Source: Babesia bigemina (Eukaryota). Taken from it: a stretch of DNA of 59,739 nt. The stretch spans positions 434,001 to 493,739 of the forward strand of contig NC_027220.1 of NCBI RefSeq assembly GCF_000981445.1, given 5' to 3'. Of this stretch, positions 40,219-50,700 are shown in pieces. The translations under genes were made by a program, and so were the position numbers. Every line of letters begins with the position of its first letter. The first letter of the stretch is position 1. Under the pieces are notes generated by a model. It had not been told where the DNA came from. It did no database searches and saw only the letters and a list, made by a program, of their open reading frames with translations.

Positions 40219-40270
40219 AACTAGGTCAAATTAAGCGATTTGCACGAGTGGACGCTTGAGCATACTCCTA

Positions 40271-41036
40271 TTAGCTGGGGTCCAATGAAAGGCACGTCTT
40301 TTTAGAATCGTGTGGTATCTTCACATTGACAAGTAATATCTCAAAAGGTTGTATAAATTTTTTAGACTCATCGGATACACTTTGCAGCGAAATCCGTCCT
40401 CCCCTTCGCGGTAGTATCGCACCTGACGCTATATATCCGCACACCTCTCGTATACTCACCGAATAGTTTTGTACCGAGCCACACCTATCAATTTGCCAAA
40501 TGTCTTCAGAAATAATTGATTTGTTCTGTATTAGTCATATGGTTGTGGCCTCCTAGGTTAAACAGCTGGAAACTGTAGCCTACCTTCAGAATGCTGCAAG
40601 CGAACCACGGTTGAGCCTTCTTTATAATTTGGCGAAGAATGCGATCCTTTTTACATTTGTTATCAGCAAGTACTTCAATGTTTTGAATCTGTGGCACATC
40701 TATATCCATGCTGCCGACCTACCTTGAAGAGAGCCTGTCGGAAGAGAGCGTTGCGAATTTCCGTACGAACTGCATTCGCCTTTACCTCATACGCCCGTAT
40801 GTGTGCATAATTGGATAACGATTGGGGATTAATGGTAAGGTGGTCTAAGCAACCGTGAGGTGCAGGCATTAGGCGGTGGTTTTCCAACCATTCCACAGAC
40901 CGATACGCAGGAAACGAGCATATTTCTGCGGATTCTACGGCGCAGCTTTCATCGCGCAAATTTTCGAAACGATACATGCTTTTCTGCGGAGTATTAATAA
41001 GTTTTTCAGCAGTTTTGTCCCTTTATGTTTCCCCAT
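40271..41036 (-). CDS. Hypothetical protein, multi-exon; possible C-terminal S1/OB-like fold
   Basis: ATG at 41036 (MGKHKGTKLLKNLLIP), with ORF pieces 40977-40675, 40709-40506 and 40459-40271 separated by short introns. Confidence 0.5.
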
Positions 41037-41090
41037 CAGACGTAATTATAAATTAGCATAAGTGAATCGCCAGGACTGTTTTAAGTCGGT

Positions 41091-43191
41091 ATGCAAACTA
41101 GACCGAGTATATTTGTGTGTATGTGTGTATTATGCCCATTTATATACGTTGGAATCCTTATGCTTTCACATAGTTGCACAAAAACGACTCGCAATGTAAC
41201 GCACCTACACAGAGTTAATATCGCTGCCTGCCCTTATGGAACTAGAGATGCCAATCGTATTGCCCAGTTAAATTTAACGCCGAGATATAAGTATACGTCT
41301 ATTGAGACAGCATTTGGCGCCTTTGGAAAAAGGGCTTCTCCGAACGTAGGGACACAACTCGGAATATCACAGACGCGACTCCCTAACAAGTGCAACGCTG
41401 CAACGTGCAGCGAGTCTGTAGAAACTATGTCGGGGACTGAGGGATCTGTTGAAGGCATTAAGCTAACGGAATCGGTAGTCATTGTCGCTGACCTCTACCG
41501 CGGTGGAACCAGTAACAAGGACGGGCAAAATATTACCATAGAAATCACGAAAGAAGAAGAAGCTCTGTTCAACCTTTTGAAAGGATGTGCTGTTTCTAAT
41601 GGTTTAAATATGGGTATGTACAAATGTAATAGTGAAATACCCCACGCAGATTTTAGAGTTGCAGGTGGTTGGGTGAGAGACAAGCTCCTGAAAGTCGAGA
41701 GCAAGGATATAGACATTGCATTAGAACACCTAACTGGTGTTGAGTTTTGTAACTATCTCAACGCATTCACCGAAAAGCATATGGGATTTCACAAAACCGT
41801 GGGTGTGGTGAAGCGTAGGCCGGAACAATCGAAGCATCTAGAAACTGCGACTCTCTCCATCCTTGGATTGAATGTTGATTTTGTTAATCTGAGAAGTGAG
41901 GATTATGCAGATGACAGTAGGATACCAATCATGAGGATAGGGTCTCCGTTAGAAGATGCAATGCGCAGGGACTTCACAATCAACTCGCTGTTCTATAACA
42001 TTTCAAAAAATGCAATCGAAGATTACACCGGCAAGGGTATTGATGACCTGAAATCGCAAATAATACGGACGTGCTCTCCTGCATTTGGTACCTTCATGGA
42101 TGATCCTTTAAGAGTTATCAGAGCGGCTCGATTCAGCGCCAGACTGGGGTACGCATTGGACGAGGAAATCTGGAATGCCAGTTCACACCCGTCGATTTTG
42201 AATCAGTTGGCTAACAAAGTAAGTTACATATATATCTAATCCCATATGCCTGAAATAAGGTGGCCAAGCCAAGAATCGCTCAAGAACTCGATGATATGCT
42301 CACCAGAGGGGATGTTGCGAAAGCCTTCGAAACCATGAACCATTGGGGTGTATTGCCGCACTTGGTAAGGGAACACCAATGTATGTTGTCTGGTTGTTTT
42401 TTCTAATAACGCAGGTGACCTGCCAAGTGATCAGCAAATCAGTGTTGGATGTAAAACCATGGCGTTGGTGAGAGATTGCCTCCGAATCATTGGCTGGGAT
42501 AATATAAATCGCAAGTTCCTATATCTTTCTGCTTTTTGCTTTCCCCTCAGCAGTATGTTAACATATACGATTCACAAGCTGAACCAGATGAGCCGCCAGT
42601 TGGGAAGTGTAGCTACATAGAACACGTTATTAAGTGTCGTCTCAAACTTCCTAACAAACTAGCATCTGGGTATATTGAATGATGAACGTTATATATGATT
42701 GCAGGGCTAAAACAATTGTGGATGGAAGCGAGGAGTTTGCTGCGCTGGTTAATGGCCTACCCTCAAACACGGAAGAAGTGCGAGAAAGGATAGGGATTGC
42801 GATACGCCACATAGGACCATTGTGGATGGTTAGATTGTGTGTTGAGAAACCATAGTTCGGCAGGAAGCGTTATTGCTCTGTATGGCAAATGAGGCATCCG
42901 ATGGCGATCTTCATGAGCTGAAAGACAAGTATGAAGATCTTGTTGCAACAATTAATCAGCTTGGTCTTCAAAATGCATACTCATTGAAGGCACCAATCAC
43001 TGGGGAAGAGGTAACTTGGTTCTATGCTTTACATAGTGTCGCAGTTAATCAACCTTATACCAGGGCTGACTCGGGGGCCCTATTTCAAAGAAGCACTTGA
43101 GCTTCAAATACGGTTGCTCTTAAGGTCGCCCCATATCAGTAAACAAGAACTATTGCAAAGAGTCACACAGATTATCAAGGACGAAATGTAG
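41091..43191 (+). CDS. CCA1: CCA-adding tRNA nucleotidyltransferase with an organelle-type N-terminal leader, multi-exon
   Basis: RVAGGWVRDKLL...DIDIAL, SKHLETAT, DFVNLRSEDY, EDAMRRDFTINSLFYN and DDPLRVIRAARF. Last exon ends ...IIKDEM* at 43191. Confidence 0.94.
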
Positions 43192-43206
43192 CCGGTCTTA
43201 TAGACG

Positions 43207-44071
43207 TCACACTTCCATTGTGTATTGTTGAACGCTCTGTTCCCACGCTCGCAGCTTCGATGCATTCTCTTCTGTCGGTTCCATACACAATGCAGTATTG
43301 CAAAACGGAACTAGATTGCGAATTTTGTGCATCCTTCCACTGTTCACTATATAATGCTGTAAGGTGTCCATATCTGTGGTAGAAATATATATGTAGCGAC
43401 CTCGTTCATCCAAAAGGCCAAACAGGTGACCTTGGGCCTCCAACTGGTCTAAACGGTTCACGACTTCGTTCTGTTGCAAATCGAACTTTGCGGAGAGCTC
43501 GACGAGGTTGGTGACTTTTTTCCAAATAACGAAATTTATGAAGTCTTCAACATTGAACTGTTTACACTGTTGCTCGTGCCCTTCCGTCTCTACGACAAAC
43601 GACGATACGATGTTTCTGTAGGCCTCATATGCGCGATCTGCACGCTTTAATTCCTGTGGTGTGTGTTCGCTTTCATATCGTTTTACTTACATCTTCATGT
43701 AGTTGTCTTTCTTTCTCTTCCCTTCGTTGTTGATAAATATCCTCACGTTCTTGCTTTTTTTGGTCTCTTTCTTTGCGCTCCTCATCTCTTATAGCCCTTT
43801 GCCGACGTTTTGCTTCTTTCAGCTCTTGTTTCTTCAGCTGCTTCGCAGTTAAGGATCTGCTGTGCTGTTCTGTATCGGTAGGTAAGGACGCATTGGATGC
43901 CTCCGTTTGTTCACCCACGATCTCTGATGTGCATATTCCTCTACGGGAAATATGTCAACAATAGTCGTAAACTTACCCAGTGTAATAGATATAGGCTATT
44001 ATAAGCACAAACAACGATATTACGATGCCACAAATTGCTAACGAAACCGGAGGTCCAGAATCGTCATCCAT
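43207..44071 (-). CDS. DDRGK1: DDRGK1/UFBP1-like ER membrane protein (3 exons)
   Basis: N-terminal TM, K/E/R coiled coil (KKQELKEAKRRQR) and a PCI-like domain DFINFVIWKKVTNLVELSAKF...LFGLLDERGRYIYIS. Confidence 0.9.
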
Positions 44072-44190
44072 TTCTCCAATAGTTAAATAAATGTGTGTCT
44101 CGTTCGTCTTGTTACATTTTTTTATTCATGTGTTCTCGTCTCAGTGGGGAAACGAATATAAATCATAGGATTGTAAATAATAAAAAGCTC

Positions 44191-44973
44191 ATGGCAGTTG
44201 AACCGTCCGGAGTAGTCGGAAATTTCCGAGATTTCCCCCCCTTGTACACGGAACAAGTAAGTATGCAACAATCATATAGGTTGACAATTTCGCAGATTAA
44301 CGATGCCACGCTATCTAAGCAGCTGGAGGTCTGGGAAGGTCTCATATGTTGGCAATTTAACTCAAATGGATTACACATTATTAATTCAAATATTATGGAT
44401 GTTTACCCATTTAGCAATACAAAAATTAATCGAAGGGTGAGCCGAGATTTCATGGTTCTAATCGCGCAGCACATGGTTGAACGTGGTTTCGGATTCTATT
44501 TGCATTCTATCACGGAATTCTGCAAACTTAATGATTGTAGTGTTTGGGGTGCACTTTGTTTCGGAAAGACGGGAAAAAGTAATAAGGTCAGAAGTCTTCA
44601 CGAACAAGAGTACCAAAAAATCATTTCGAAGGCAAAAAACGGCGGGTCATTAGTGGAAAATCTTAAAGAGAGACGCAAATATATGGTAACTAACACCATT
44701 GCAGTCGGTGTTTTTGGCAAGACAATAGATGAAACCGCGGAGGAAGTGTTATGCTACTTAAAACTACAACTGTCCGGAAACCAGGTTGAAACGCCATATT
44801 ATTTATTTTACGCAGAAAGGGAATCTACCAGACAGTTTAGATCGTGGCCGGAAGAACACGTTGCATTTATCATCTCCACATTGGCAACACAGAAGCGAAT
44901 TGTCGTTACCGCGAACGAAACTGTTTATTGTAAAAATCTCAACAGCAAAGAATTAGGCGTGCAGGTCATTTAG
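44191..44973 (+). CDS. VPS25: ESCRT-II subunit VPS25-like protein
   Basis: FPPLYTEQ|INDATLSKQLEVWEGLI and PFSNTKINRRVS match the VPS25 motifs FPPFFTLQ...KQLxxW and FxNxxIxRxL. One in-frame mini-intron. Confidence 0.82.
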   Translation: MAVEPSGVVGNFRDFPPLYTEQVSMQQSYRLTISQINDATLSKQLEVWEGLICWQFNSNGLHIINSNIMDVYPFSNTKINRRVSRDFMVLIAQHMVERGFGFYLHSITEFCKLNDCSVWGALCFGKTGKSNKVRSLHEQEYQKIISKAKNGGSLVENLKERRKYMVTNTIAVGVFGKTIDETAEEVLCYLKLQLSGNQVETPYYLFYAERESTRQFRSWPEEHVAFIISTLATQKRIVVTANETVYCKNLNSKELGVQVI

Positions 44974-46119
44974 TTTTAAACACTGAGGCATACACGAACT
45001 AAACAATCCCCAATTAGAATGGTTTCCTACACACTCTGCCTGATGAATGTTGTACTCACATCAGAAGACGACACAAAGCGTAGTCACATTGAATTTAAAC
45101 ATGAGAATCGTGCAGAGAGCCTTAAGTAGCTGAGTCCTCAGACTGATAACAACATGATACATCCGCGATGATGGACATGAGGATTTGTGTCTGACGCGTT
45201 GGCTGGCGGCACATCCCACCTCTCCGCGAGCAATGAAGTCTGTTCTACCAAATTGCAGTATGCGACTGGAATATATTTGGCTTTTCATGGAACTGTTCGA
45301 GAGGTAAAAAAAAAGTAATAGACGGTAAGTAAATGGTGATGCTTATTGTAGGAGCCAATGTGAAACATATGCCGCATATAGGATCACAATCACGGAACCA
45401 TGTTTCATTTTAACCGCTACTTATCAGTACATAATAAATCCGTTAGTAGCTCTTACTACGCCCTTAATAGGTGTGTACGACCTTATCGTGTGTTGGTCAT
45501 GCCTCGGTGCCGCTACCACGTGCTCAGTGTGTACTGAAACCTCGCTTATGTGTACGATATTTTTCGTTCTCCAAGTGATGTGTGTAGACAGTCTGCGAAA
45601 CAGGAGGTGAGATCAGAGATGGTAGCGTAGTTGCCCAAAAACGGCCGTGCAATGATCCGAAATCCTGCCACGTCTCGAGGTCTACGGGTATACTACTTTT
45701 CGTTTACGATTTGTCTTAACACCTCCGGGGTATTAATTTCCTGTGGGGTGCAATTATACTCAAGTCACGCGCTAGACCAACATAGCGTCGAATTCTACCG
45801 TACACATCTCATGTAACGTACAATTTTCCCACATTTAACGATGGATTAAGTAGCGAAATAGTGTATTCGCTGTGTTAGGTTAGACCGATTATTACCGTTT
45901 TGCTGGCCCGTGAACCTAATAGGTGGGAGGATCGTAGCAGAAGGCTTCTTACATCGCACAATCCATTGATGCAACACTTTCACTCAGGTTGCGTACAATT
46001 AATGAGGATACATTGGAAAGCTATTTTCTAGATGCCGTTAGTGAACTACAATCGTAGACGCGTGTGTAAGAATACCGGATTTGTTAATGGAGATTTGTGG
46101 ATGATTTGTTGTTAAACAG

Positions 46120-46497
46120 TTCTGTAAATGGTCTATAGGAGGATATGGCACTGAATTTCAATCTTTCTGGCTTACTATGCTGCTAGCGTTTCTCTTGTCT
46201 CTGTGGATCCCGACAGTTCATCATATCTGCTCAGAACTGAATTCTTACAATACATATTATATTCCTATAATGTCAACTCAAGTTACGGCGACCGTTCTGT
46301 GCCTATTTTGTGCATTTGTCAGTTTGTTTATTGCAAACATAGCCATCGCATGGTACCTGGCTTATTGGATGAATTACAAGCTTGATTTCGTACTAAACTA
46401 TGTTGGAAACGCTTGTTTCTTCGTGGGTTGCGCGTGTTTTGTCGTTATACCATTTCTGACGCCGCCGCCAGTTGCGGATATATCAAAAAGTGCGTGA
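46120..46497 (+). CDS. Terminal exon of a multi-pass membrane hypothetical protein; upstream exons unresolved
   Basis: Open frame after the AAACAG acceptor at 46119 (FCKWSIGGYGTEFQSFWLTML...), with three hydrophobic segments. Confidence 0.4.
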   Translation, partial: FCKWSIGGYGTEFQSFWLTMLLAFLLSLWIPTVHHICSELNSYNTYYIPIMSTQVTATVLCLFCAFVSLFIANIAIAWYLAYWMNYKLDFVLNYVGNACFFVGCACFVVIPFLTPPPVADISKSA

Positions 46498-46959
46498 CAA
46501 GATAGCGGCATGTGCTCCCCTGTGTGAATAACTAGGCCCATGCTGCCGATAAACCTAGGAGTGTCGGATAACACCAACTTAATAGGTATGTAGTTCATGG
46601 GACAAAACTCTGGCAATCTACATCGACGTCAGATATGTGGAGTATCATGGTCGTCCATTTAGTAAGGTCGCATAATACGTATTCTACGATGCCTTAGTTG
46701 GTAAACAAGACTGCGCAGAAGGAATTATATGTGCGTATAACATACAGCTTAATGTTGTAGCATAGAAATATCTTTTTTAATTTGCTACTATATCTTCTCT
46801 CGCTCTTTCTGTCTAGTGCTAAAACCGGGTGAGTATGACTAATGGCACTTCTCGTCTTTACTAACGAATTAATCCCCGTCCACAAACGGCTGTGTTTGCG
46901 AATTCCACGTTGTACTGTTGTGTGATGTCATTCTTATCATCCACGGTGCTATCCATTCT

Positions 46960-47460
46960 AAATGGGCACTAGGGCAACAGATGGCGGTAATCTCCATCAG
47001 GCTGTCTTCGTAGGTGATTGTGAACACGTTCTTCCGTCCACCAGTACTATGTCTAGCCGGTTGTATTCCTTCATCTTCCGAGTCCTGACCGTTTTGTCGT
47101 ACGCGATCCATCCGTATTTTCCACGCACTTCATTCTCCATCTTGTGGGCGTCTACCATCTACTTATGCAGTCGTATTTGCTTCCCAAATACTGAGCGGAT
47201 AGTTTTAGCTACTTCGTTGCACATATTCGTATATTCTATGTGTGGCATTTTCGGCTACTTGATTGCAAGGCGGTCCACGTTCTTGCCGTTGTTGCATCTT
47301 AGGCCTTTTGGCAACGATGGCATCCATTGCAGATACTTGTCCTGTAGTTGTGTGGATTTCGGTTCTTTCTACAGACTGATGATGCCTCGATGTTTGGCCT
47401 GGGTCCCCACGCTTGGCAAACAGAACCGTACGTGTTGATTTTGCCTGCTTTCTGTTGCGC
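46960..47460 (-). mobile_element. Degenerate non-LTR retrotransposon fragment (zinc knuckle plus RLE endonuclease, NeSL/R2/R4-like)
   Basis: One minus frame reads LQDKYLQWMPSLPKGLRCNNGKNVDRLAIK*PKMPHIEYTNMCNEVAKTIRS...*...WIAYDKTVRTRKMKEYNRLDIVLVD, then after a frameshift VFTITYEDSL. The order matches the RLE consensus QD / CxxC..TVDHL..C / YxxRHNEV / NRPDI..D / ITxxDxL. Confidence 0.7.
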
Positions 47461-47783
47461 AGTCATTTGTTTGGGGTCATCGCGATGTCTTTTGGCTCTC
47501 CCCCATGATCTCTATGCTAGTTAGGTGACGTGTGGTTGTTACGGTTGTCGAAGCGCAAGCTACGCAACAATGTCCATCTCAACATCTATACTTGCAACAA
47601 CCGCAACGCTCCCTATTGCACACCACACTAGTACACTACATGCAACGTAATTGCCGTGCTGCTACATCACCACTAACAGCACTATGAGAGCAGCAGGGCT
47701 GTATCAAATTACACCACCCCCGGCTGTGCTTCGGCGTCATAAATACGCAGCAACTATGTTGATTGGTTATCTTACGACGAGCA

Positions 47784-50700
47784 TTAATAAATTCTGTTCC
47801 ACGCGTGAGCGAGTGCTTCGTCGTCGAAGTAATCGATGTCGTACAGCGAAGGCATCTTCGTGCCGTCCGTGAGTAACGCCTTGACATCGATGACGTGAGA
47901 TCCCCTGGAGCGCAGGAAGTGAGATTGTATGCGCAGCAAGTCCAGGCGGTATAGCGCCGTGTGGGCGAACAAGAGGAATGCGGTGGACCACAGCGTGATG
48001 ACCGTGTAGATGAATGGCCACCGAACCCTGTATAAGAAATCGTCCATGCAGTTGATGAGCTTTGCGATTGGCCCACCGTTTATCACTTCCTCTAACTTGG
48101 TGATGACCTGTGAACACGTGACTAGTGATGTTGACGTGCCCTCCGGTGGCGTGAACCCGTGAAAGTAGAGGTAGGGCAGGGCGTCGTGGCAGTGATGAAT
48201 TGATCCGCACTTGGAAACATTGTGCCTCGTGAAATCGTAACGCAGCCGGTCCAGTGACTCGCGGAGTGTATCGGCCAGGTAGACCACCCAGCTGAGGTAT
48301 GTCTGGGCGAAGCATGGCGAGTACATTGCGTAAGCCCGGTGCGTGATGGGCGACAGCAGTTTTGTGCACTGCACATTGGTGATGTTGCAGCCCACCAGTG
48401 TGGACAGGGTCCCGGCGTGGTCATTGTCGTGTTTGGAGATAGGAGACTCGGAAACCCGTATGCCACCGACAGCGTCCAAGTCGTGGCGACCAAGATGGTC
48501 CCATTCAGGGCAGTTGGGATGTGGAGTGGACAGGGCCCTGCCCATGTCGGACAAGATGCCTATACCATCCTTGCGCATCTCACTCCCGAAATGCTGGAAG
48601 AACGACACGAGCTCCCCTGTAGTGCGCGGCGTTCGCCTGGTGATGCAGTTGAGGTAAGAAGACAACGTTATCAAGGGGTCATCATCGCCGCTGCAGGATG
48701 GCGACAGGAGGTAATACAGGTAGCTGCCGTCTTTGGCGATCTTGGAGAAATCGCCCTTCCTGAATCCCATCCTGATACGGCTCTTTAGGCAGACGTCACA
48801 CGGGTCGAATAGGTGCGTCTTGAACTTGGAGTAGTACGCGTCAGTCAGAAAAGCCTGCAGCGGGGACTCAGCCGTGACATCCCGTCCAAACTGACAACCC
48901 ATCCAACCACCACGGAATTTATCGCCAGCGCACTGCGAACGCAGAAACGCCAACTGGTGATAGCACGCGTAGACGTAGTCCTGCAGGCAACATAGCAGAG
49001 CACATCCATCGGGGTCTTGATCGTGATCGGTATCCATACGTTTAACAGTGCCAGATCTCGATGACTTTTGCTTCCAGCCCGGCTCAATGGCGGAGAGCAC
49101 GGAACTTGAAAACATGGAGGCAAGTTTCAAAGCCTTAATTACATCCTCAGATTTCAGTTTGGAATTGTTGACGCAGAGTGTTGGATTTCCAGGTATGACG
49201 TCCGGCGCTTTCCCGAACGCCTCGTTAATGCATTTATCCAGGGTCGTAAGATGTTTTTGACTTCCAATCCCGACCAGCCAGCGAAGCATATCCCTGATAG
49301 TACGCGGCGCCTCGGCGGGGAACAACTCAATTTCTGGTATACCGTCAAAGTCGTCGGTGGGTGTATGGGTTGTCCAGGCAGGAAGACAGAAGTCTACAGT
49401 TGGGGACTTGAGGCTTTCCTCATCGAACGTCTCAAGATACGGTGACGAGGAGGATATATCCGGGTAGTTATAGGACAAAGGCGCGTTTATTTTATATGCT
49501 GCAGCAGGTGGCGGATGGTTTCTGAACCCGTCATTGTCGTCACTTCTGTCCGGTTTATATGCCATTTCGATATCAAAATCACTTTGAGGGAGAGGTAGCA
49601 TTGGAGAACTGCCCCTTGCGTCAGCAGTGGCCGACCCATCGAACTCCGCCAAAAATGACATGGAAGGCGTCATATTCTCCATAAGTGGTATGGATGATGC
49701 ATCGTCCAATGAGATGGAGTTTGCAAGCGCATGTACAATACGATTTTGCTCTACAGCGACATTATAGTCCTTTTCGGCTTCCCTGTTGAATTTCTCGATT
49801 TCCTTGCGGTGTTCCTCTTTCATCTTCTCCATAACATTTCTTGTGTTATCTTCAGTACGGTAATCTTCCATTATTCTATTATATAAATCCTCCATTCTTT
49901 TCTCTTCAGGGTCCTGAATGACGTTATCATAAGTCATTGCTTTACCGTCCAACTCGTGTACTACTTTGCCGTATAGGTCGTCGGAGGCTGCTTTTGACGT
50001 ATCGGAAACTACTATGCAGTTGAAATCCTGGGGGCTTTGCATGAGATCCAAATCTTTCTGTTTAATATCTTGCAATATTTTCGTAACGTTCAACTTATGT
50101 TCTTTTACCTCATCGGCAAACTTCAACTTTTCAGCCATCCACGTGCTTTCATCTGTAGTTTGCTTCATCTGCCTCACATCTTCTTTACGTTTTGCCTCGG
50201 CTACTACCCTTTCCCTCTGTTTTCTGTCATTCTCATAAAAGGGATCTTCGATGGCATCGCCATTAATGATTACATCATTGCGTACTGCCGGCTTCTGCTG
50301 CCCTTTTTGTGGAACATAGTGCTGAGGCGAAAAGCGAGTAAAGCCACCGCTACGAGCATCTGAAGCATATGAATCTGTATGGTAAACGTGCTTTTTAAGA
50401 TTGGGGATGATTTGGGATCTCTGTTTCGCATCTGATCTCTGTTTGATCTTTTGCTGCAGCTTTTTATAGTTCTCTCCGTGCATTGATTGCTTTTGCAGCT
50501 CCCAGATTTGGTCATCAGTTATTTTTGTAAACGTAATGGCAGCAGGAGTCTGCTTCAGCACCTGAGATGGTACTTGATGGGATGCATTGCTGCCTGAATT
50601 TACAGATGTGTTAAGACTCAGATTAGAACCTCCTATCTGCGGAGTCATAGGATTAGTACCCCCCTGCCCTGTCCCTACTGAAGATCCTCCGCCATTTATT

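Noticed and set aside
46962..47438. 158-aa hydrophobic plus-strand ORF resembling a membrane protein
   Set aside because: Better explained as the antisense of the purine-rich retroelement relic.
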